From NCBI GenBank assembly GCA_965214975.1, contig OZ244055.1, positions 3,239,448 to 3,303,447 on the forward strand: a stretch of 64,000 nt of DNA, written 5' to 3'. How positions within the stretch are numbered: position 1 is the stretch's first letter; each line of letters opens with the position of its first letter. Position numbers and translations under genes: made by a program. This stretch comes from Alphaproteobacteria bacterium (lineage in GTDB: Bacteria > Pseudomonadota > Alphaproteobacteria > MPNO01 > UBA830). Positions 38,455 to 47,690 of this stretch are shown here, in pieces. The notes below the pieces were generated by a model. The model did not search any database. It had not been told where the DNA came from and saw only the letters and a list, made by a program, of their open reading frames with translations.

Positions 38455-40800
38455 TCAGGCTGCCGTCCCGTCCGCGATCAGTTTCCACACCTTGTGCGGG
38501 GTCGCGGGCAATTCCACGTGGTTCACCCCGTAGGGGCGCAGCGCGTCGACGAACGCGCTCACGATGACGGCGAGAGCGGGTGTCGTTCCGCCCTCTCCGC
38601 CGGCCTTGACGCCAAGCGGATTCGTCGGCGAGGGAATCTCGTGCAGTTCGGTGGAGAAGAACGGGTATTCGTCGGCTCGCGGCATGTGGTAGTCCATGAA
38701 CGAGCCCGCGAGAGGCTGGCCGGTCTCGCCGTCCACCGCGCACAGTTCGCCCAGCGCCTCTCCCGCCCCCTGGACGATGCCCCCGTGGGTCTGCCCGTCC
38801 ACGATCAGCGGGTTGATGGCGCGCCCGACATCGTCGACCGCCGCGTAGCGGACCAGATCGTGCGCCCCGGTCTCGGGGTCGATCTCGATCTCGCAGACAT
38901 GGCAGCCGTTCGGGAACACCGGCGTCTCCATGACGTTGTCCTCCGCGACGGCGAGGCCGTCCGCGAACTCGGCCGGACGGTCGGGCCGTCGCCGAACTGC
39001 GGCCGAGACCTCCCCCAGCGTCATCGCCCGGTCCGTTCCCCTGATCGCGAACCTGCCGTCGGCGAAGACGATGTCCTCCTCCGCGGCCTCGAGCAGCAGG
39101 GCGGCCAGCTCCCTGCCCTTCCGGACCAGCTCGTCGGCCGCCTTGACGATGACGGTTCCCGCCATGCGCATGGACCGGCCGGAATGCGATCCGCCGCCGA
39201 CCCTGACCACGTCCGTGTCGCCGACGATCACCCTGATTCGCTCCACCTCCACGCCGAGCCGCTCCGCGGCCACCTGCGCGAAGCTTGTCTCGTGGCCCTG
39301 GCCGCTCGGTTGGGTGCCGATGACGAGATCGATCGTGCCGTCGGTCCGCACCAGCAGACGCGCCTGCTCCCGCGGCGTGCCGACGGAGGATTCGACATAG
39401 GCCGCGATGCCGCGGCCGAGCAGGCGGCCGCGCGCTTCGGCATCGGCCCGGCGGGAGGGGAAGCCGTCCCAGTCCGCGAGGCGCATCGCCTTGTCGATGC
39501 CCGCGCCGTAGTCCCCGCTGTCGTAGGTCATGCCCACGGCGTTGGGATAGGGCATCTGCTCCGCGGTCACGAGGTTCCGGCGCCGCAGTTCCACCGCGTC
39601 GATCCCGAGCTCGGCAGCCGCCGACTCGACCAGCCTCTCGATGGCGAAGGTCACTTCGGGGCGGCCGGAGCTGCGGTAGGCGTTGGTCGGCGGCGTGTTG
39701 GTGAAGACGGCGCGCGATCGAAGCGATGCCGCGGGGATGCGGTAGGGGCCGGTGACCAGTCCCGAACCCTTGCTCAGCGGCGACAACGAGACCGCCCGCG
39801 CCCCGACGTTGCTCACGTTGTCGGCGCGGAGCGCGAGAAAGCGCCCCTCGCGGTCCAGTGCGAGCGATACCTCGGTGATCAGGTCGCGGCCCTGGTAGTC
39901 GCTCACGAAGGCCTCGCTCCGGCGGCAGGTGAACTTGACCGGTCGGTCCAGCCTGCGCGACGCCCACGCCACGAGGGGGAACTCGACGTACAGCCGGTTG
40001 CGGGTTCCGAAGTTCCCGCCGACGTCCTTGGAGATCACCCGCACGCGGTCCGGATCCACGCCGAGCACCTCGGCGATCTCGCGCTTCTGGCGCACCGACC
40101 CTCCCGAACCGGCGTGGATCGTGTAGCGCCCGGTCCCCGGGTCGTAGGCCCCGAGCGCCGAGCGCGGCTCGAGCGGCACGCCGGTCACCCGGGCGACGTG
40201 GAGCGTCATCGCGGCCACGTGGGCCGCGGTCCGGAACGCCTTGTCGGTGGCATCGCGGTCGCCGAAGAGGGTGTCGACGAAGACGTTGCCGTCCGTCCCG
40301 GGCCAGAGCCGCGGGGCGTCGGGGGCCAGCGCCTCCCGCGCTCCGGTGACGGGCGCGAGAGACTCGTAGTCGACCGAGACCCGTTCCGCCGCGTCTTCCG
40401 CCTGCGCCGCGGTCTCGGCCACCACGACCGCGACCGCCTCGCCCACGTGCCGCACCCGGTCCGTCGGCAGGAGCGCGTGCCCGCCGACGAACGGCTCGGT
40501 CCCGCCGGGGCCGTGCAGCTTCATGTCGTGCCTGGTCGACGGCAGGGGGTTGTGGGGAATCGGGGACAGCCCGTCGGCGACGCAGTCGGCGCCGGTGAAG
40601 ACGCCGAGAACGCCCTCCATCGCCGCCGCTTCCGATGTGTCGACGGACCGGATCCCGGCATGGGCATGGACCGACCGCACGACGCTCATCCACGCCTGCC
40701 CCTCCATGTGCCAGTCGTCGCTGAACCGGCCCTCGCCGGTCAGGAGGCGCCTGTCCTCCATGCGTCGGACCGGCCGGCCGATATGCCGGGGGAGCGTCAT
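38455..40800 (-). CDS. Xanthine dehydrogenase / aerobic CO-dehydrogenase family molybdopterin-binding large subunit (CoxL/aldehyde oxidase-like).
   Basis: 781 aa with the MoCo-hydroxylase large-subunit architecture (the N-terminus MTLPRHIGRPVRRMEDRRLLTGEGRFSDD is the typical a/b hammerhead start). No FeS or FAD subunit genes are adjacent. Confidence 0.9.
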   Translation of the reverse strand: MTLPRHIGRPVRRMEDRRLLTGEGRFSDDWHMEGQAWMSVVRSVHAHAGIRSVDTSEAAAMEGVLGVFTGADCVADGLSPIPHNPLPSTRHDMKLHGPGGTEPFVGGHALLPTDRVRHVGEAVAVVVAETAAQAEDAAERVSVDYESLAPVTGAREALAPDAPRLWPGTDGNVFVDTLFGDRDATDKAFRTAAHVAAMTLHVARVTGVPLEPRSALGAYDPGTGRYTIHAGSGGSVRQKREIAEVLGVDPDRVRVISKDVGGNFGTRNRLYVEFPLVAWASRRLDRPVKFTCRRSEAFVSDYQGRDLITEVSLALDREGRFLALRADNVSNVGARAVSLSPLSKGSGLVTGPYRIPAASLRSRAVFTNTPPTNAYRSSGRPEVTFAIERLVESAAAELGIDAVELRRRNLVTAEQMPYPNAVGMTYDSGDYGAGIDKAMRLADWDGFPSRRADAEARGRLLGRGIAAYVESSVGTPREQARLLVRTDGTIDLVIGTQPSGQGHETSFAQVAAERLGVEVERIRVIVGDTDVVRVGGGSHSGRSMRMAGTVIVKAADELVRKGRELAALLLEAAEEDIVFADGRFAIRGTDRAMTLGEVSAAVRRRPDRPAEFADGLAVAEDNVMETPVFPNGCHVCEIEIDPETGAHDLVRYAAVDDVGRAINPLIVDGQTHGGIVQGAGEALGELCAVDGETGQPLAGSFMDYHMPRADEYPFFSTELHEIPSPTNPLGVKAGGEGGTTPALAVIVSAFVDALRPYGVNHVELPATPHKVWKLIADGTAA

Positions 40801-40827
40801 CGGGTTCCGGGCGGCGTTCCTGCGTGG

Positions 40828-41937
40828 TCAGGCGGCCATCGCCGGCCCGGGCCGGCCGATCCAGCCGCCGCCCAGAATCCGGTCGCGGTCGTAGAAGACG
40901 CAGGCCTGGCCGGGCGCGACCGCGCGTTCCGGCCGGTCGAGAACCACGCGCGCCTCGCCGGCCACCCGGCCGCGATGCAGCACGGCACCGACGGGAGGCT
41001 GGGCGGAGCGCACCCGGACCTCGACGCGTCGCGGCTCCGCGGGGGGCGTGCCGGAACGCCCGAGCCAGTTGACGTCCGCGACGTCGAAGGCGGAACTGCC
41101 GAGAGCCGACCGCGGTCCCACGGTCACGCGCCGCTCCTCGGGGTCGATGCGGACCACGTAGAGCGGCTCGGTTCCTCCCCCGACGCCGAGCCCCCGGCGC
41201 TGGCCGACGGTGAACCCGATGATTCCCCCGTGGCGGCCGAGAACCCGGCCGTCGACATGCACGATGTCGCCGGGGTCGAGCGCGCCCGGGCGGATGCCGC
41301 GCACGACCGCGGCGTAGTCCCCGCCGGGGACGAAGCAGATGTCCTGGCTGTCCGGCTTGTCCGCGACCTGCAGGCCGAACCGCCGGGCGTGGCGGCGCGC
41401 GTCGTCCTTCGTCATGGCGCCGAGCGGAAAACGCAGATGGTCGATCTGGCTCCGCGTCGTCGCGAACAGGAAATAGCTCTGGTCGCGCCGGCGGTCGGCC
41501 GCGCGGTGGAGTTCCGGCCCGTTCGGGCCGGCCACCCTGCGGACATAGTGGCCGGTCGCCAGCGCGTCGGCGCCGAGGTCGCGCGCCGCGGACAGCAGGT
41601 CGCGGAACTTCACGGTCTGGTTGCAGCGGACGCAGGGGACCGGCGTCTCGCCGCGCAGGTAGCTGTCGGCGAAAGCCTCGATGACGTCCCTGCGGAACCG
41701 GGATTCGTAGTCCAGCACGTAATGGGCGATTCCGAGGGTTTCCGCGACGCGGCGGGCGTCGCGGATGTCGGCTCCGGCGCAGCAGGTGCGACGGGCCCCG
41801 GAAACGTCGCCCGCGTCGTGAAGCCGAAGCGTGATCCCGACGACCTCGAACCCCGCTTCGTGCAGGAGCGCCGCCGTCGCCGCACTGTCGACCCCGCCCG
41901 ACATCGCCACGACCACGCGGGCGTCGCCCGGTGCCAT
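40828..41937 (-). CDS. mnmA: tRNA-specific 2-thiouridylase MnmA.
   Basis: It has the PP-loop [12 protein letters not shown] and catalytic cysteines ([12 protein letters not shown]). The start was moved to the ATG at 41937 ([18 protein letters not shown]); the track has a Pro/Thr-rich N-terminal extension. Confidence 0.9.
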   Translation of the reverse strand: MAPGDARVVVAMSGGVDSAATAALLHEAGFEVVGITLRLHDAGDVSGARRTCCAGADIRDARRVAETLGIAHYVLDYESRFRRDVIEAFADSYLRGETPVPCVRCNQTVKFRDLLSAARDLGADALATGHYVRRVAGPNGPELHRAADRRRDQSYFLFATTRSQIDHLRFPLGAMTKDDARRHARRFGLQVADKPDSQDICFVPGGDYAAVVRGIRPGALDPGDIVHVDGRVLGRHGGIIGFTVGQRRGLGVGGGTEPLYVVRIDPEERRVTVGPRSALGSSAFDVADVNWLGRSGTPPAEPRRVEVRVRSAQPPVGAVLHRGRVAGEARVVLDRPERAVAPGQACVFYDRDRILGGGWIGRPGPAMAA

Positions 41938-41980
41938 CCCGAGCGCCGCGGCCGGCGGCGTTCCCGCGGGAGGCGTCGCG

Positions 41981-42652
41981 TCAGTCATCGGCGAGGTGCC
42001 GGTACAGGAAGTCCAGCGACCGGGCATGGACCTGGGCCGCGGCCGCGGCGTCGTGGCTGGCCTGCTCGGGGTTGTAGAACGCATGGTCGCATCCCGGGTA
42101 GACGTGGAACTCCGTTTCCGGATGGGCATCGCGGATGGCCCCGACCCGGTCCATGGGGACGATGCGGTCGCGGTCGCCGTAATGCAGGATCGCCGGGCAG
42201 TTCGGCTTTCTCCGGACGTTCTCGAAGACGTCGCTTCCGTAGAAGATCACCGCGGCGTCGGCATCCAGCGCGCAGGCCGCGATCCAGGCCCAGGTGCCGC
42301 CCGTGCAGAAGCCCGAGACCGCCGCCTTGCCGACGGAACGGCGGAGTTCCGCGAGGCAGGCGGCAACATCCGCGAGCACCGTCGACTCCTCGAGGTTCTC
42401 GCGGAAGGCCATGCCGTCGGCGACCGCGTCGTAGCCGAAGACGACGTCCTTCGCGGTGCGGTCGTAGAGAGCCGGGGCGACGGCCGCGAAGCCGTCCCTC
42501 GCGAACCAGTCGCAGACGTCGCCGAGATGCGTCGTCAGCCCGTAGATGGCGTGCAGGACGACGATGCCGCCCGCGGAGTGCTCAGGCGGATCCGCCCTCC
42601 AGGCGTCGAAGCCGTGGCCGTCGGCGGCGGTGACCGTGATGCGGTCGGCCAT
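41981..42652 (-). CDS. Dienelactone hydrolase family protein.
   Basis: 223 aa alpha/beta hydrolase with nucleophile GFCTGG and a C-terminal CDHAF. Confidence 0.8.
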   Translation of the reverse strand: MADRITVTAADGHGFDAWRADPPEHSAGGIVVLHAIYGLTTHLGDVCDWFARDGFAAVAPALYDRTAKDVVFGYDAVADGMAFRENLEESTVLADVAACLAELRRSVGKAAVSGFCTGGTWAWIAACALDADAAVIFYGSDVFENVRRKPNCPAILHYGDRDRIVPMDRVGAIRDAHPETEFHVYPGCDHAFYNPEQASHDAAAAAQVHARSLDFLYRHLADD

Positions 42653-42706
42653 GGGGTTCTCCGTCCGGGGGCCGGGCCATGCCGCGGTCTCCCGCCATGG
42701 GTGGGC

Positions 42707-43360
42707 TCAGAGGATCTTGCAGGCCTCGTCGAACCCGTACCGGTAGAGCCGGGGCCCCTTGATGCCCTCCAGATCCCCGTAGCCGATGTTGCACACGAAA
42801 TTGGATCTCCAGGTGGTGCCCTCGAAGAACGCCTTGTCCGCGACGTCGCGTTCGAAGCCGAGCATGGGGCCGGAATCGAGGCCGACCGCGCGTATGGCGA
42901 GAATCAGGTACGCCCCCTGCATGGTGCCCTGGTGCAGGGCGAGCCCCGCCGCTGCGGCCTCGTCGGACTTCCAGCGGTCCGCCATCTCGGGGCGGATCGG
43001 GTAGAGCCGCGCGAAGTCGTCGAAGAACCTGGTGTCGTAGGCCAGCAGCGCCACCACCGGTGCGGCCATCGTCTTGTCGACGTTCGGCGGCGCGAGAGAC
43101 GGCCTGAGCTTTTCCTTCGCCTCCCGGGAGCGCAGGAACACCAGCCGTCCGGGCATGGTGTTGGCGCTTGTCGGGCCGAACTTCATCAGATCCCAGATCT
43201 CGCGCAGCTGGTCGTCGGTGACGTCCCGGTCCTGCCAGGCGTTGTGGCTGCGCGCCTCCCGGAACAGCAGGTCGGCCGAGTCGTCGTCGAGTTTCCGGAT
43301 CCTCGAGCGGTAGGCCTCGATTCTGGCGTGGGCGGCGGCAAGGGCCTGGTCTTCCGGCAT
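42707..43360 (-). CDS. Nitroreductase-family protein, RutE / malonic-semialdehyde-reductase-like.
   Basis: …LLFREARSHNAWQDRDVTDDQLREIWDLMKFGPTSANTMP… is RutE-like. The start was moved to the ATG at 43360. Confidence 0.7.
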   Translation of the reverse strand: MPEDQALAAAHARIEAYRSRIRKLDDDSADLLFREARSHNAWQDRDVTDDQLREIWDLMKFGPTSANTMPGRLVFLRSREAKEKLRPSLAPPNVDKTMAAPVVALLAYDTRFFDDFARLYPIRPEMADRWKSDEAAAAGLALHQGTMQGAYLILAIRAVGLDSGPMLGFERDVADKAFFEGTTWRSNFVCNIGYGDLEGIKGPRLYRYGFDEACKIL

Positions 43361-43606
43361 GGTGTCTGCTCCCGAATTCGAAAGAACGGAACGCGCCGGC
43401 ACGGGTTTCCCGGATGGCCGACGGATGATGGCGAAAAGCGCCGGGACCGGCGTTCCGTCCGCGCGATCCCGACGCTTCCCTCAGGATAGCACGTCGCCCG
43501 GCGCAGGCAAGCGCCCCGCACGGGTGGCGGTTTACATCGACCCCGCCGATCGGCCACTATCCCCGGAATGCTGGGCGATCCGGCGGAAGACAGGGAGACA
43601 TCCGAA

Positions 43607-44650
43607 ATGAGGTCGACGAGTTTCATCTCCGCGCTTGCGGCGGCCGCGCTTGCGGCATCGGTTTCTGGCACGGCTGCGTGGGCAGCCGCGCCGGACTACG
43701 AAGGCAAGACGATCAAGATCGTGATTCCCTACGGCCCGGGGGGAACCTACGACAAGTACGGCGTGGCGTTCGCCAACCATCTGGGCAGGCACATCCCCGG
43801 CAACCCCAACATCATCCTCCAGCACATGCCCGGGGCGGGCGGCGCCAAGGCCATGAACTGGGCCTACAACGTCATGCCCAAGGACGGTCTCAACATGATC
43901 GTTCCACTCGACAACACCGTCATCAACCAGCTCATGCGCCCCGAGAAGATGCGTTTCGACGCGCGCGGCTTCACCTGGCTCGGCTCGAGCAACCAGACCA
44001 ACATCGTCATGGTCGCGCGCTCCGATTCCGGGATTCGCACCTTCGACGACCTGAAGAGCCGGCGCGTCATCGGCAGCACCAGCGGCAAGTCCTCCACGGG
44101 CTTCATCTTCCCGAGCTTGGTCAAGGGGCTGTTCGGCTACGACATCAAGATGGTCACCGGCTACAAGGGCTCGTCGAAGTCGATCCTCGCCGTCGAGCGC
44201 GGCGAGAGCCAGATGGCGGCGTTCAACTGGCTCGCCTGGGCCTCCAAGGTTCCGCACTGGTTCGAGGGGGACAAGCCGTTCGCCAGGCCCATCATCCAGA
44301 TCGGCGTGTTCCGGGATCCGGACGTCCCGGAGTCGGTTCCCATGATCTCGGATCTGGTCACCGATCCGCTGGACCGGAAGGTGATCGACTTCATCAAGGT
44401 CAGCGGTCTGCTCGGGCGCGGCCTCGCGCTTCCGCCGGACGTCGATCCCGACACCGTGAAGGTGCTGCGCGCCGCCTACGACGGAATGAACGCGGATCCC
44501 GATTTCGCGGCCGAACTCACGAAGCGGCGGCTTCGCCTCATCCCGGCGCGGGGCGAGGACATCCAGAAAATCGTCAGCGAGGCGGTCGCGAACGCGCCGC
44601 CGGACGTCGTGAAACACGCGCGCAAGCTGATCTACGGCGGCGAGAGCTGA
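43607..44650 (+). CDS. Tripartite tricarboxylate transporter substrate-binding protein (TctC/Bug family), orphan.
   Basis: 347 aa with a signal peptide (MRSTSFISALAAAALAASVSGTAAWA) and a Bug fold. There are no tctA/tctB genes next to it. The ATG at 43607 is about 8 nt after AGGGAGA. Confidence 0.85.
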   Translation: MRSTSFISALAAAALAASVSGTAAWAAAPDYEGKTIKIVIPYGPGGTYDKYGVAFANHLGRHIPGNPNIILQHMPGAGGAKAMNWAYNVMPKDGLNMIVPLDNTVINQLMRPEKMRFDARGFTWLGSSNQTNIVMVARSDSGIRTFDDLKSRRVIGSTSGKSSTGFIFPSLVKGLFGYDIKMVTGYKGSSKSILAVERGESQMAAFNWLAWASKVPHWFEGDKPFARPIIQIGVFRDPDVPESVPMISDLVTDPLDRKVIDFIKVSGLLGRGLALPPDVDPDTVKVLRAAYDGMNADPDFAAELTKRRLRLIPARGEDIQKIVSEAVANAPPDVVKHARKLIYGGES

Positions 44651-44700
44651 CGCTCCGGCGCGAACCGAAGACGGCCGGCCGGGGGCTTCCGGCCGGCCGT

Positions 44701-45384
44701 CTACCGGGCCGCTAGCGCCATGTCCCAGAACGCGGCCTCGAGCCGTGTCGCCTGGGCGAACGCCGCGCCCGGCCCGTCGAAAGGCGCGTTTCCGCCGCGC
44801 TCCGCCCAGAGCCGGTCGAGCAGCGCAACCGCCTCGCGGGCCACGTCCCCGTACTCGTCGCCGGCGTACATCTCGATCCACTCGCGGTAGGGGTTGCCGT
44901 CCGTCACGGTCGAGTCCGACGCGGCGAGAGCGGCGCCGATCTCGGCGTAGCCCACGATGCAGGGAGCGAGCGCGACCTGGAGGTCGAGCACGTCGCCGGC
45001 CAGCCCCCGGTCGATGACGTAGCGCGTGTAGGCGGTGGTCTCGACCGCCTCGGCCGCCTCCTCCATGTCCGCCTCGGTCAGGCCCCACCCCGCGCAGTAG
45101 CGCACGTGAAGGTCCATCTCCACGTCGACGATCGCCGAGAGCGCCGCCGCCGCGGCGCGGATGCCGGCGCGGGTGTCCGACTTGAACGCCGCCAGCGCCC
45201 AGGCCCGGGCGAAATGGACCAGGAACAGGTAGTCCTGGACCAGGTACCGGCGGAAGCACGCTTCCGGGAGCCGGCCGCTCCCGATCAGGGACACGAACTC
45301 GTGGCGCACGTAGGCGTCCCATTCCGCGGGGCAGGACGCCTTGAGCCGGGAGAACAGCGAATCGGGTGCGGCGATCGCGGACAT
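44701..45384 (-). CDS. tenA: TenA/THI-4 family aminopyrimidine aminohydrolase (thiaminase II).
   Basis: 227 aa, and the TenA catalytic Cys is present (ALAPCIVGY). Confidence 0.85.
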   Translation of the reverse strand: MSAIAAPDSLFSRLKASCPAEWDAYVRHEFVSLIGSGRLPEACFRRYLVQDYLFLVHFARAWALAAFKSDTRAGIRAAAAALSAIVDVEMDLHVRYCAGWGLTEADMEEAAEAVETTAYTRYVIDRGLAGDVLDLQVALAPCIVGYAEIGAALAASDSTVTDGNPYREWIEMYAGDEYGDVAREAVALLDRLWAERGGNAPFDGPGAAFAQATRLEAAFWDMALAAR

Positions 45385-45397
45385 CGGGCGCTCCGTG

Positions 45398-45724
45398 TCA
45401 CATCTGGTTGTTGGTCTCGGCCGGCAGCGTCAGGACCATGCCGTCGAGCGCGTCGGTGACGACGATCTGGCAGCCGAGGCGGGAGGTCGGCCGCACGCCC
45501 CACGCCAGGTCGAGGATGTATTCCTCCTCCTCGGACATCTCCGGCATCCGCGCGAACCGGTCGGGGTCGACGATCACGTGGCAGGTCGAGCAGGCCATGG
45601 AGCCCTCGCAGGCGCCCTCGACGCCGAGGCCGTTGTCCCATGCGACCTGGAGCACGGTCGTGCCGGCGTCGGCCTCGACCTCCGTGGAGTCGCCGTCCGG
45701 GGACACGAAAACCACCCTGGGCAT
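45398..45724 (-). CDS. [2Fe-2S] ferredoxin, adrenodoxin/ISC Fdx type.
   Basis: 108 aa with the Cys ligands C-x5-C-x2-C...C (GACEGSMACSTCH...LGCQ). Confidence 0.85.
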   Translation of the reverse strand: MPRVVFVSPDGDSTEVEADAGTTVLQVAWDNGLGVEGACEGSMACSTCHVIVDPDRFARMPEMSEEEEYILDLAWGVRPTSRLGCQIVVTDALDGMVLTLPAETNNQM

Positions 45725-45725
45725 T

Positions 45726-46835
45726 TCAGCCGGCCTTCCCCGGTCCGCCGCGGCGCTCCCGGATCGCGCGCCAGGCGGCGACGAAGCGCTCGACGTCGCC
45801 GGCCGTCGTGTCCCAGCCCAGGCTGACCCGGATCGCGCAGAGCGCGCGGTCGTCGGGAACCCCCATGGCGGAGAGGACGTAGGGCGGCTCGACGCGTCCG
45901 GCCGAGCATGCCGAACCCGCGCTGACCGCGATGCCCGCGAGATCGAACGCGATGACCTGGGTGTCGGCGGGCACGCCCGGCATGAGCATCTTGGAGGTGT
46001 TGGGAAGGCGCGGCGCGTCCGCGCCGAAGACCTCGAACCCCGGCGTCTCCGCGGCCAGCCTCCGTTCCATGCCGTCGCGCAGCCCGGCCAGCGCGGCCGC
46101 GGCGGGCAGTTCCTCCCGCGCGATCCGGGCCGCCGCGCCGAAGGCGGCGATGTGGGCGACGTTCTCGGTGCCGCCGCGCAGACCCCGTTCCTGGCGGCCG
46201 CCCCGCAGCAGGCTGTCGGCGCCGCCGGCGTCCCGCACCACGAGGGCGCCGACTCCCTGCGGCCCCCCGAGCTTGTGCGCCGACAGCGCCAGGGAGTCCG
46301 CCCCGAGCGCCGCGAAGTCCACGGGAATCTTGCCCGCCGCCTGCACCGCGTCGCAGTGAAGGCGGGCGCCGAACCGGCGCGCGATCCCGGCCGCCTCGGC
46401 GACCGGCTGGATGACGCCGGTCTCGTTGTTCGCGAGCATCAGCGCGACGCGGACGGGCCGGATCCGCCGGCAGGCGGCCTCCAGGGCCGCGAGGTCGACG
46501 ACGCCGGAGGAATCGACGGGGACGCGGACGGCGCCGGGGCAGGCCTCGAGAACGGCCGGATGCTCCACCGAGCTGACGACAGTGCGCCCGGGATCGCTCG
46601 CGCGCAGGATCTGGTTGTCGGCCTCGGTGCCGCCGCTGGTGAAGACGATCTGGTCCGGGGAGGCGCCCGCCAGGGCCGCGACCTCGCGCCGCGCGTCCTC
46701 GACGCGCCGGCGCGCGCGCCGGCCGGCGGCGTGCACGGACGAGGCGTTGCCGGTCTCGCGCAGCGCCTCGACGAGAACGTCGACGACCTCGGGCCGGATC
46801 CTTGCCGTGGCGTTGCAGTCGAGATATACCGGCAC
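45726..46835 (-). CDS. Cysteine desulfurase (NifS/IscS class-V aminotransferase).
   Basis: …VYLDCNATARIRPEVVD…, the PLP-Lys region SLSAHKLGGPQG, and the active-site Cys SAGSACSAG. The start is tentatively the GTG at 46835 (RSVPVYLD); the track extends to 46928. Confidence 0.75.
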   Translation of the reverse strand: MPVYLDCNATARIRPEVVDVLVEALRETGNASSVHAAGRRARRRVEDARREVAALAGASPDQIVFTSGGTEADNQILRASDPGRTVVSSVEHPAVLEACPGAVRVPVDSSGVVDLAALEAACRRIRPVRVALMLANNETGVIQPVAEAAGIARRFGARLHCDAVQAAGKIPVDFAALGADSLALSAHKLGGPQGVGALVVRDAGGADSLLRGGRQERGLRGGTENVAHIAAFGAAARIAREELPAAAALAGLRDGMERRLAAETPGFEVFGADAPRLPNTSKMLMPGVPADTQVIAFDLAGIAVSAGSACSAGRVEPPYVLSAMGVPDDRALCAIRVSLGWDTTAGDVERFVAAWRAIRERRGGPGKAG

Positions 46836-47033
46836 GCTGCGCGGCCGGCTCGCCGCGCGAGGTTCCGGGGGCGGGCGGCCGTGCCACGGTGCCGGATCCC
46901 GGGACGCTGGGTCGCGACGGGGCTGCATGCTGGCAACCTATGACCCCTCGGGGCCGTGTCAACCGCCGGGTCCGGCGTTCGGGGAAGGGGAACCCCGGCT
47001 GTCGCCGCCCGCCCGGCGCCGGAGGAACATCCG

Positions 47034-47690
47034 ATGCCGCAAGTGACGTTCACCGGGCCCAAGGGCCACCTGATCGAGGGCCACTATTCCCCGGCCGAGG
47101 GGGCGAACGCGCCGATCGCGCTGATCCTCCACCCCCACCCGCTGCACGGCGGAACCATGAACAACCGCGTCGTCTTCGAGGTCTACCAGACCTTCCGGCA
47201 GAGGAACTTCTCCGTGCTGCGCTTCAATTTCCGCGGAGTCGGCAAGTCGAGGGGCGAGTGCAGGAACGAGCACGACGCGCTGTTCGACGCCGCGCTGGCG
47301 CTGGACTGGCTGCAGGCCGGGAATCCGGACACCCCGCAGTGCTGGATCGGCGGCTTCTCCTTCGGCGCCCGTATCGCCCTGGAACTGGTCATGCGACGGC
47401 CCGAGATCACGGGTTTCGTGGCGATCGCGCCGCCGGCGAACTTCCACGACTTCTCGTTCCTGTCGCCCTGCCCGGCGTCCGGGCTGTTCCTCCACGGCAG
47501 CGACGACACCGTCGTGCCGGTGGAGGCGTTCCGGGAACTCGTCGACCGGCTCGGCGACCAGAACGACATCGACATCGAGCACGCCGTCATCGAGGGCGCG
47601 GACCACTTCTTCAAGGACCAGACCCAGGAGATCTCGCGGCGGCTCGACGAGTACCTCCGGAAGGTCACGGTCGGCGTCAGCCCGGCGTAG
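47034..47690 (+). CDS. Alpha/beta hydrolase (COG2945-like).
   Basis: 218 aa with nucleophile GFSFGA. The ATG at 47034 is 7 nt after GGAGGA; the track GTG at 46956 adds an Ala/Pro/Gly-rich leader. Confidence 0.7.
   Translation: MPQVTFTGPKGHLIEGHYSPAEGANAPIALILHPHPLHGGTMNNRVVFEVYQTFRQRNFSVLRFNFRGVGKSRGECRNEHDALFDAALALDWLQAGNPDTPQCWIGGFSFGARIALELVMRRPEITGFVAIAPPANFHDFSFLSPCPASGLFLHGSDDTVVPVEAFRELVDRLGDQNDIDIEHAVIEGADHFFKDQTQEISRRLDEYLRKVTVGVSPA

Noticed and set aside
46836-47033. A possible TPP riboswitch upstream of the NifS-ferredoxin-TenA operon.
   Set aside because: I could not find the conserved CUGAGA and ACCUGAUCUGGAUAAUGCC elements by eye on either strand. It is left as something to scan with a covariance model, not a call.
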